The notes beneath the pieces are model-generated. The model was not told where the DNA came from and did not search any database. It was given only the letters and a program-made list of their open reading frames with translations. This document shows, piece after piece, positions 12,201 through 24,200 of a stretch of DNA of 33,451 nt (the first letter of the stretch is position 1; each line of letters opens with the position of its first letter). The position numbers and the translations under genes are program-made. The stretch is taken from NCBI GenBank assembly GCA_964200185.2, contig CAXNAD020000063.1, forward strand, positions 1-33,451. The letters are read 5' to 3'. The DNA comes from Choristocarpus tenellus KU-1152. Its lineage: Eukaryota > Protista > Phaeophyceae.

Positions 12201-15200
12201 ATTTACTCAGAGACTCAGGCTATATGAGCTTCCCGATACCTGACCTGTTGCTCCTCCACTCACTGCTCTCTGAACCTAAACCTAGCCCTCAACAAAACAT
12301 TTCGTAACAAAACATTTCGTGTAGAATATTGGTCTGGGTTAGGTTCAGAGATAGCCTTCAACTGTACATTTTGCAATTTAGCAGACACTGTGAATGGATA
12401 GTACAGCGAGGAACAAACACAAAGGACAATGGCAATGATATCAGCACATGAACGGCACTGTTCAGATACTGGCAAACCCAACTGTCTACCATGGCCTCAG
12501 GTAACCATAGACCAGCTCCAAGTATTCTCAACGCAACCTGAACCCTTGCAGCGAATAGAAGTGTTAAGCATACCTCATGATACCTTGCTTGCACGATGCA
12601 CACAGGTGGAAGATCGAGTGTGAGGTACAAAGGTTCAGAGAGAGAGGGATGGGGTACCGTTGCCGCTTTGGTGCCCTGAAAATCAAGGTGTGAAAGAGTT
12701 GAGATTTTGGGTGCTGTGGGTCATGTGTGCATTTTACCTACACATTCTGTGTAGTTTAAACGTGTGCAGCCCCTTGCTTTTGCTCATACTGTCTTCGAAT
12801 TTGGATATTGAAGAGGATTGTTTGGTGACTAGTTTCATGAGCAACTAGAGTCAACACGCCTGACTGTACAATGCGGTAATCTTGTTTGTTAGTGTGAAGA
12901 ACACTCTAAGACATCCTTGCCTAAGAAGTCTTACAATTACTTCCGAAGGTCAGCTCTTATCTGAAAATTCAGTTCTAGGTTTTTTGGTAGGTTTTAGAGG
13001 AATTGAGGAACAGCTAATGGGGAGACAATATAGAACCCTCAAACATCAAGGTATCATCATTTAGGAACATTCAACAGCCCACTTGAATCTCTTGTCCTGT
13101 TTCCTATCTTTACTATCCGCCCTATTAGTGAGCAGTAGAATAACCATTCTACCCTTCCCCTCAATTCAATGCTAACTCCCTACTAGAAAATTTGTGTTAG
13201 GAGGATACCCAAGATCCTGAGGATAAGGCTAGCACGGTGGAGGTCATTCTGCCGACAAGAGATTTTTGCCTCTCGAAGCTTGGCAGCTCTCAAGATTGAG
13301 ACGCAGTACAGGAGGTGAGTAAGCTCCAAAACACCAGGTGCACACATCAGGTTCTGAAGATGCTAGTGAACGGTACCAGAAGAGTAAACCTCGGCACAGC
13401 TCAAATTATCCTTAGCCCTGAACCATAGTACTAGCTCTCAACCTTCTAATTTGCCATGGAAATGTTTTCCACCTAAACAACATTTTGTCTTCCTGGTTTC
13501 TCTTCTCGTACTTGCTCAAATTTGATCTACCCCCTTGCTCCAATCAAACATCATAGCTTCAGTCCATGGCTCAATCCTTTCAATTTTTGGGGGCCAAAAA
13601 CATCTACAATTTCGTGCCCTTAGTCCCCTTAGTCCTTTATCGAACGTTCATCCTTATTTTGGTGTGCTTAAGCTGCAACTGAGAATAAAACCAAGATAAG
13701 CACCAATACAAATTATCTCACGCCACACAACTAGTGTACGGCCCTCTCTGAGACTGAGAGGCCTCTTTCAGCCAAACCTGCATCATATCTTGTCGCACCT
13801 CTTTAGACCTCTACCCAAATATTCCTTGCTCAACAATGTCCCAACATTCCTGCACCAAACCACAGCGAAGTTCCACTCTTGGACCATTCGACTGACCAAC
13901 CAGACCAACGTAGCATAACTTCTACCATCCCGTGAGCATTGAAATTCAACACTATGCTCTGTAAGTGTTTCCTCTCCTTGGCTTGAAACCGAGGAAGATT
14001 TTCTTTCCGTGCTCCACACACAATCAACAAAAAAACATATGATTGACTGACAAGGATGCATTGGTGAAACCCAGGTGGAGGGGATACCGATTGTTCCTTA
14101 GCCTTCACTACAGGAAGCCACTTGATGGACCTTTAAGTGATATATACCTCGAGCCTGACAGGGAAGGACTGCAGTTCAGGTGTAGCTCCTTTTTGGATTT
14201 CTCGGTTTGCTCATCGTACACACTGAATGTGTGTGTCATGTGGAGATTGCTGCTTTATTAACCTGTGTTTGTCATCGTGATCCTGAGACCCTGTGCATGG
14301 ATACTGAAGGTTACTTTTGACTGTACCAAGTGTTTCTAGGTAGTACTCTGGAATTCTGGTTTGAACTACTTTAGGACAATAGTGTGGGAGGTACACTAAG
14401 AGAGTAGCAGTATCTGGTCATGTTAGGGCTACACTCTCAGTCTCAGTCTCAGTCTCCTGTCAAGACAATAAGGTAGAAAATACATTCTGCATTTGTGCTA
14501 CTATAACTCCACATCTGTTGTGAATCTCCATCAAAGGGGGTTGCATCTCTTCCTGTTACTCCACAAGTATAGCATCACTAAGAGTGTATGGTGCGTTGTT
14601 GTTGTATAAAACAAATCTTTGCCTCAAACCTGAGCACCCAAAGCCGTCTCAGAGTTCTCAATGTTCTGAAACCCCTCCCGCCCCCCTGAGGCTGTTCCAC
14701 TACCTTTAACATTTTGTTTAATTTTTAACTTGACTTAATACTCAATGTGAGTACCTTATTCGATCATAGTTAAAGTAAGAATCAAAGTTCAGGACATAAG
14801 TTTTGGGGTTTTTTTCCAAGTCGAATCGATTTGTTGTTCATGGCAATCAGTAGGGTGCTAAGAGATCAAGGTGCATCGCATAGAGCAAGCATCAACTCGA
14901 AGAGTCCTATCCATCGACCAAGCAGAAAGTCCCTGGGTCATCCCCAATTTTCCCTTCAACCACCCTCCGCATTCCCAATCTCTAAATCGGTTGCACAACC
15001 CCACACCTGCAACGCTTGTTTCCAATAATTAATCATCGCCACTTTGTTTTGAAGGATTGACACCAATGTACGCCAGGACCGTCGGGCGTTCTGGATAGCC
15101 TCCATTGTCATTCAGACTTGCTGGCGGGTGTATCCCCTCTATAAATACCATGGTCGTCTAAGGCTGGCCGCTTTTGCTGTGCAGACCTATTTCAGGATGT

Positions 15201-18200
15201 GGAGTGACAGAGAAGCATTTCGGTTCATTCGTTCACAGGTAAATGAGGATGAAGGACCTACAACCTCAGAGGGCATACTACAACAACGAACTTTGTCTTT
15301 TCACATGTAGAAATGTCCCACTTTGATATTCCACTGTGCAAAACATCTCACAGAAACTGTGTGCAGAATATTGGCACCATCATGAAAACCGTTAAGATGC
15401 CAATATAAAAAAGAGCGTTACATTGTCAAACTCTTTGATCCAGGAAATGGGTGTAGAGAGTGAGATGTTACTCCGTGTGCACTCTGGATCATATGCAGTG
15501 GTCGGTATTGTGTGTGTTTGTCTGCCTGACGCGAGAAATCAGAGCATTAAAAACTCTATTGTGTAGTATGGGTTCATATATCTTCGAGGAATTCCCCCTT
15601 TCTGTGCATTGGCAAAGACAAGATTTAGTTGATCACCACAGATGTTCTTGCTTTATCGTGATTTAACAGTGATTTGTTGACTGTGCATGTGAATCACTCG
15701 CACCTACAGTAATCCTAACATCGACCACACCCTCCACCCAACAATCCTTACTCCCTCGACCAGGTACTTCACTCTTTTCTGGTTATAATTGTCGAGTCAT
15801 CATAGCTTATCTCTTAAAGTACAAGAGGAAAATGTATTTGAAGTATGTTGACGGTGTGGTATGTGATATTTGAGATGCGTATATCTTGGTTCACTAACGT
15901 GCTTGATCCATGCCGAGAATGGGGCATACATTAATGCTGTTAAAAATGTATAAATTTACTTTCATCAATATGTCATCCTTAGTATTGGCATTCATTCTCG
16001 TTAGTACTGTTATAATTATCGATATTACTGCCTGCTGTATCCATTATTGGTCTTGGCATGACGCCCTTGGCACTATTACTCCCCTGTTCTTCACAAAGAC
16101 AGCACAAGTACACAACATCACCTTACCTCCACTGCGAACGCACACCAGCACACAACACAAGTACAGAAATATAGTGGCCTCATGGCACCCTCCTTTTACT
16201 TCCACCTGTTTTGGTCTCAAGGTGATTGTAATACAGAAGTTTGCTCGCATGTCCATCTGGAGGCCCAAGTGGATGCGATTTAGGGTGATCCCTCAGATCA
16301 TCCAGCGATTTGTAAGGGGTCACCAAGCAAGGCAAGGTTTAAGAACACAAGGCACATGAATAATGGCAGACTCCCCGAGTACTCACACTGGAACCAATAT
16401 TCCCTAAATTCATCATAGGTAGCATGCTCATGTGAGCTCGTGCTTTCCATGCCATTCCCAGTTGTTCAAAACATACTGCACAGTACAAAGCAGCAAGCAA
16501 CAATTTTCCTTTAACTAGTATGTAACTGTGTTTTACAAGAGATGATGTCACAATTACGATGGGTATAGCACTGAGCACTAGAAAATATCTTCTAGGATCA
16601 CACTGATTCTAGTTCTGTACTATAGGAAGTTCGTTCATGACAAAAGTCACAAAAACGTATTTGCTTTGACTACACACAAATATGGCAGAGTGTTCGGAGC
16701 CGTCTCCACTACCCATCACATCTGCCACAAACACTCCATGTGCTCCAAGTCTAAACTGTCCATCACATTCACACCCAACCCACACTTTCTATCCCCACTC
16801 CATAGGCAAGAGCTGCGAAGGCGTCGTCTTACCCGACGTTCTGCTCTGGAGATCACAGCAGGCAAGATGACCCCTATCCAAAATACATGGAGGTGTTATG
16901 TAGCAAGGCGAGCATTGAGGAGGCTACGCCATGAGAAGGAGGAAGAATGGACAGCAGCAGTACATCTCCAGCGCGCCTGGTATCGGTAGGTGCTAGTTTG
17001 GAGGGACGCATTGACTTTTACCCCATCTACTTCCAATTTTCTAAAACCTGCACTGGCCCTGGTACAGTCACCACAATCGATCCTTCAACCATTGCCTTAC
17101 CCCGCCTGAAATCTCCTCTTTGAGTATTGATTCTTTGCTCTGAAACGACAGGTACTTGGGTCAGTTCCCTGCATTTGTGCTCGTCTCCTGTTTGAGGATT
17201 ATGGATCTGGTTGATAAGGAGCGGGCCAACGACGTAATGAAGTTGTATCTTGAAACAAGCGTCAGGAAGATTCAGGTAAGATGCACTATTCAAATTTGTT
17301 GGGTTTTTGGAGTGGGGGTTTACAGTTGAGAAACTGCTAAGGGTTGATATTTGGCCAGAGGCCTGCTGGACTCAACCACCACATAGGTCCCATCATCCTC
17401 AACGATCCTCACAAATGACTTTGTAGACTTCACACGCAGGATGTGCGTGGGCATTTGGGCATCTTTTCCATTTGGGATGGCAAGGTCAGCCCAGCACGTT
17501 TTGCAGAAAGGGTTATGGCTAGGAGTAGTTTGATGACTATGGCATTGGTTGAGACTCAAGTGCCCATGTGAGATAGTGAAATAAAATAACTGCGGGTACT
17601 CAGGTGTTGGTGGTGTTGGGGGTTGAGGTTGCATTGACATACATGACATCAAGGTGGGCGCAAGTCACCTTCATCTGCATCTGCTCATTTGAAAGATGCT
17701 CTAAGCCTGTCCAGCAAGAGTGAGAGAAGTAGGAAAGGTTCCCTAATAGGCTGACAGCTGCTGCAGGGTCTTGAAGCTAATTGCAGGTCTATTATCTGAG
17801 TAGGAAAGCAATCCAAAGATTCCCGGACCCGTCGCCCCCTCAAGAAGGCAAACAACCAAAGATCAGCCACAATGCTGCCACTCACTTCCCTTCCCCATAG
17901 CCACCGGTCTTACATTTTCCCCCATCCGTACTCCTTACTCTATTCCATTTCTTTGAGCAGCGAGTCTATCACTGTCGGTACACTAATATCCGCCACCATG
18001 CAGTATGCCTCTTGCAAGCTCTGTGGCGTGGAAGAATTGCTACAGAGTTGGTGCAAAGGTATTTATAAGATCTACTATCTAAATCACCTGTTGATTGGGT
18101 AGATGGGTTAGAGAGTAAACAGGTAAGCTGATGCCATTGAATCTTGTTGGCAATACATTTCATGCCCATAAGTGTTAAATAAACGTCTTAGTGATCACTC

Positions 18201-21200
18201 ATCTCGCAATACTCACCTTGCAATACATTACCACGTCTCCCTACCAACTCACATCTCGCAGCTGAAATATAGAAACCTTTCACTTACAAACGAATCAGGC
18301 TTCGAGTTGAGCATTGGTCAGAGAGAAAGTTGAGGTGCTGGCTTAGGGCGTGCATGCATGTCAAACACACTCTATCCCGAAAAATAGCATTCTGTTGGCT
18401 CTATTCGAAAGGGGGAAGGCTGCTTCGTCATCTACAGGTAACAGTTTCTCCAGTCACACCTTCTACCTCCCCCCTTCTGAGTATGGAAGACATTACCATG
18501 GCAAAGACCACTGAAGAGAATTATCAGTTCCTGTACTCATGCCCCAGCAAAGGAAATACTCCTTAGACCTGAAGATAAACACTCTCAAGCTAAAGAAACA
18601 GTAAATTTGTGTGATTAGCCCATGGTTCTTACAGTAGCCCTGTAATATGATGCTTCTGACCTCTACAAGAACAGATTGATACTACACTCCTATTCCTTGA
18701 ATACTTCTTTGCCAACAAATTAATTTTTGGATGCCTCACCAGTCCTCACTCTATCCCTGTTGTTGACCAATTTGGACGCTATTTCTGACCTTCCTCAGTC
18801 ACACTCACTGTTAAAACTCAATGTGGTCTCAACTACCAAGTTAACCCAGGACCTCAACGTGGGCCCAAACTCGACCAAGTGTCGTTCCCACCCCATACTG
18901 TAACACAAACCGAGCTCAACAATCGGAATCACCAATATTTTGATCCTAATAGCCTTAATCAATTCCATAAGAACCTTAGATCTTGGTTGTGTTCTCAGTA
19001 ACTTTTAACCTCACGTCTTTCATTAATCATGACATCATTGGTGTGTTCTTGATCCCTACGTTCATATGGACAAAAATGTTTGGCTGTTGAGAACTTTACC
19101 TACCTCCACAAACCCAATAGGGATTCTGGAAAAGACTATTAATTTGAATTTGACCTTCTCCCCCACTCAGCTACTGATGTCAAAACCTTTTTCATATGTT
19201 TCAACTCTTTTTCGTCAATTTTATAGTTGACTTGGTACCTACCATTGCACAGTCAACAAACCAGACAAAAGGGTGTATCAGACTTCTCTTCCAATTGTGC
19301 TGATGAAAAATAACACTGTCACATAGGAACGCAGGGAGAGAGAAGAATTGGAGTGGTGGGCTACTTGGCGTGAGGATCGATATCTGGCTGCATTAAAGAT
19401 CCAAGCTGTTTTCATTGGACATCAAACTCGAAAACAACTCAGAGAAAATGTGTGTGTGTGTGCGATGAGTTTGTAATTTCCACCGTGAACATATTGGCTG
19501 ATGAGTGTTTATGGTTTTCTCCAACTTAAAGTATGATGTGTCTAGGAAAGACATAATGCCTGGTTACTTGCTAGGCTAGGCTAGTACTCTTCTGTTTTAC
19601 TCCTTGGTCCAAGTTTCAATGTGACTGTAGTAAGACGTTTTCTCCCAAGCAGCTTCTTGAGTCCCATGAGCCAACAATGGAGTGTGCGCATTTGCAAAGC
19701 CTAGTGATGGAACAGAGATCATCCCTATGCCACAGCAAAGTATTCCCGAATTGAGTGTAAGCCTGTTGCAGCTAAATATCTCCTTGACGTTTTGACCCTC
19801 AACTCAACTGGTTATATCACAGACCGCTGCTATCCATCTTCAGAAGATAGTCAGAGGCTTTGTTCACCGCAGGATTGCCTGGAAACTCTTCATTGAACAG
19901 AAATATCACCAGGCTGGGATTTTTGTCACCAGACTCATTCAGCAGGTGCGACCTTCGGCAGAGACCACACTATAGACAACCAAAGGAAGACAGCTGTAAG
20001 CCAGTTTGTTTTTTGTAGTGACCAAGGACTCCATACCAATGTCATATGCTTACACCGACAATCACTTTTCAAAAGTGCAACTCAGAAATCCAAGTGGGGA
20101 CATGGAACACAAACAGAGCAGTTTAGAGTCGAAGTATCTTAGAGGGTAGAGCAGCATCCGCTCGGGGGCAAAGATTCGATGTTGCGATTTTGATGTAACT
20201 TTGGCTAATGTGTCTGTTTGGAAGTATCAATATCCTTGTTCCGGACACACCTTTTCATAATGTATACATTTTACCTACTCTGAAACATTTCGGAGTAGGA
20301 AAATGTCATATATAACCCGTGGGAAGCCAATTCCCAAACTGACAAACAGGGCAAAACTCCTACCCTCTAAGATACTTTCACTTGAGTCTCGTTCACGCCG
20401 GTTCTACAACCGTTGGTAACCCTGAAGAGTTATTCTGACCCAAGACCCAATCCTATTCCTTATCCTGACCCTTGTCCTAACCCTAGCCCTAATTTTTGAT
20501 CATATCAGAGGCCATATCTGTTATTGATGCCTCTACTTGTTCTGACCCCCGCCAAGAAAGATGTCCATAATAAACTATAATCACAGGGGCCTGACCAATA
20601 TAATAAAAATTTGCTATAGGGGTTTCCTGACGGGGCACAGATCTATGACCTCAAGTAAGCCTTACAGATCTTGTGCCTTGAGTTTGGAACTACCTTAGGT
20701 GCATTGAACCATACCTTAGTTAACGCCCCTCAACCCTCATCCCTAAAACCTGATGACCTACCCAGCACTAAGTAGAGGGCATTTTTTCCTATCATGAAGA
20801 TGATCATTTTTCTGGAATGAAGCAGGAATCTTGACTTTATTTTGTAGGTAGCATCCCCCCTAACAAAGTCACCTGACTCAAGTGTCCTAGCTGCTCGTTT
20901 TTCTACCGAGTCAAAGTCTTTTAGAGGGTAGAGACGTGTCCGCTTGGAGGTCAAAATCCAATGTTGCGATTTTGATGCAATTTTTACTGTGTTTGTGATG
21001 AATTATCAATATCCTTCTTCCGGACATACCTTTCCATAGTTTTATACATGATACCTACTCCAAAGTGAGTACATTTTACCCATTCTGAAACATTTCAGAG
21101 TAGGTAAAATGTCATAAAAAAAACCCTGTGGGAAGCCAAGTCCCAAACGGACAAAAAGGGAAAAACTCGTACCCTCTAAGATACTTTCACTCACACACAG

Positions 21201-24200
21201 GAAGTGACCAGGGTGGCTAGTAGGACAGCACTAGTACGTGCTATGGCAGGGTTAAAGTTACAGGCTTGGGGCCGTGGATGCATAGCACGAGCAGTGCTAA
21301 TCCGTGCTGCTATCTTAGTGAGGGAAGAGGTGGTCATGGCAGTGCGTTTACAGAGGAGGTGGAGGTAAGTGGATTACAATCGTCCCTCCTCAATTTTTTG
21401 TGAACAGAGAGATTGAGTGCTAGTGTTCCTCCCCTACTGCAGGACTTTGCGGTTCAAACTAACAAAACACGAAAGAACAAGGATAGGAGAGATATATGTG
21501 AAAGTTTAAGTTCAATTGTAGGGATATCTACTGGGCACCAGCTACTTGGAGGGGGAATGATTTCAAGTCCATCTGGCATCACTCTTGGAAGGCAATCGAT
21601 TTGGGGTCTTGAACCTCCTCATGAATGGACTCATCACTTTGGTTGTGCCCTGGAGGCCTTGAGAGCAGAGGGATGAAACGGGATGATATAGTCAATCCAA
21701 TTTTGATTTGCAAGGGATGCAGCATCAAATCAACATATGGAACAGGTCAAGAGCCTCTGTTCAACTAGATTCAACCTTTTAGGATCAATTCCACCTGCAA
21801 CTCTTCCAATCCCTTCGATATCATTTACCACAAAACCTTGTCATAATGATAGTTTTTCATCACTACTAGCTGGGAGTCTGCCCTGCTATGAACGGAATTT
21901 TTTCCTTATGAACCCCTACACCTTACTGCCTCCTCTACATGACCCAAAGTATCTGGGAGGGGGGAGGGGGTCTGCCCCAGGGTGTCCATTTGGGTCATAA
22001 CCAGGAAAAGTGCACTTACATTATCCATCCGACGTATGCAATCAAATAACCAAAAAATCACAATATGAAAAAATTGGCCCCAAATGGACAGCCGCCACCC
22101 CCTCTAAGGTACTTTGAGTTACATGTCCTTCCTGCTATAGCTATGAGGTTTAGGTCTAGAACTAGCTTCTACATAAGTGCCCAAGCCGAAACAACCAGAG
22201 CAATGTTTCAAAAGCTGTCTCACTGACAATATAGGCATTGTGGACTTGCTTTCATTTGCATCTCCTTTGAAGATCTTTGTCCAAAGAGACTTTAACAATG
22301 ATATTGTGATATAGTAGGTATTGTCTGTGCTTCGGACAGAATAGGTCATATCTAGAAAATTACAACTCATGCTGTTTTCACCCCCACGAAAAGTAGTTGG
22401 TGCTCCTCCTCTAACAGTGCCAAGGTCCCTGATATCAGCTCCCCCTCTGTCCCGGTATGTACTTGTCATTGTGCATGAATGGATGGGGACACACCTTACA
22501 TATGCGGTATGCAAAAAATCTGATGGTATGTATGGGTGGCTGTATTAAACAAATGCTCAGGAGCCGGCGGGACTTGTTGAGGGCAATACGCCAAGCTCTT
22601 GTTGCCAAGAAAAGGAAAAACTCCCCATTTCAAAGCCTCCAGAGTGTTGATTTGGTTGCTGATAGGGCTGTTGTCGCTGCATCTCAACACCTCAACCCGA
22701 GGAACCCATTGTCTGGATGTGGAATCTGGACACTTTGTCGAAGATTGGGGTGTGACAATGATCTTCTCCACATACTAAGGTCTAAGGGCTTGACTGGGGT
22801 TGAATCCCTAAGGTGAGTACAAGCTGAGTTGGAACAGAAAGAGGTGAGACAACACAATGTGGTAGGTGTTGTTACCCTTCTTATTGCAATGTCACATCTG
22901 CATCTTAATCAAAATCTTTCCATTCACCTCCAGCTACTACTGTCTGAACCCACTCCTTCCTTATGTACATACTCTGTCCTCTTGACTCCACTCAATCATC
23001 CTCCCTCCTCCCCCTTCCTGCCTCTTGGTTATTCTCCCCTGTTCACACAAAAAGAGGTTTGTCAGAAGAAGAACTGGTGGGATTGGGGATCACTGATCTT
23101 CCCGCTCAAGGTCAAGCCCAGCTACTCCAAGACAGAAAGAGCAACAATGGGGGCAGGGGCAGGGGCAAGGGCAGGCGGGAGGTAGGGCGCAATGATGTTG
23201 GCAGTGGGGGCAGAGGGGGCAACGTTGCCGGCACTGGTGGGGTATTCAAGGCAGCTCAGTTGCGGGAGTTGCTCCTGTCATTAGTATGTCAGATGGACCC
23301 ATCATTGCCCCCAGAACCGAGGAAGAGAAAACTATTTGAGGACTTCCAACCAATCGAGGGGCACCCACAGGTGAGAATATTAGCAATGGGACTTGATCTT
23401 TGGATCGAAACTTGTGGCGAGAATGGTGTGATTTGAGGGGACAACTGAGGCTAGATCCAAGCAGTTGAGCTGTGAACTGAAGACTGCTGTGAATAGGACA
23501 TTTGCTGCATTGGCCCTTTGGATTAGTCCTGGAGAGACATTGCAGTGCAGTGCAGCATAGCAAGGCGAAATATCTCCTTGGGTATGGATGGGTTGGAGAT
23601 AGAGATGCTTGGTTTCGAAAAGGTCAGCCCGTAGAATCAATGAGCCAACGTTTCAAAAATAGAATTGACGCCATATGCTGATCCCATATCAACTTTGAGG
23701 GCAAACAGTATGCACATACTGCAGTAAGTGTTGTTGCAGTTGAATTGAAGAATTTCAAAATCGACACCATCACACTCTCTGCAGATTGTTGATAAGTTGT
23801 GAAGGGCTGCAATATGAAATCTTTCCATGTCACATAGTACACAAAACACCAGTAGAGCTTGATCCCTGCCCTGCCATAAACTTTATATATCAGTGCAAAT
23901 TCCCCCGTGGCATTATATGACCCAAAGTATTCAAGAACGTAGAAGTTTTTCCCTGTTTGTCCGTTTGGGGCTTGACTTCCCACCGTTTTTTGTGCCCTTT
24001 TTCGGTTTTTTGTGTGAACACAGTTACCTCTAATGTACACAACTATGAAAGGTTTGTCTGGAACAAGGGTATTGACACTTGCTAACGAAAACGATAGCCA
24101 AAATTAATCCAAATCCAACATTGGATTTATGATCCCAAACGGACACAGTCCTATCCTCTTAAATGTTTTGACTCATATCTCACTCGATTAGGTATTTGCA

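Noticed and set aside
13187-22600. Calling the IQ gene ASPM, myosin or IQGAP
   Set aside because: No calponin-homology, motor (P-loop GESGAGKT) or RasGAP sequence is visible, so no gene symbol was assigned.
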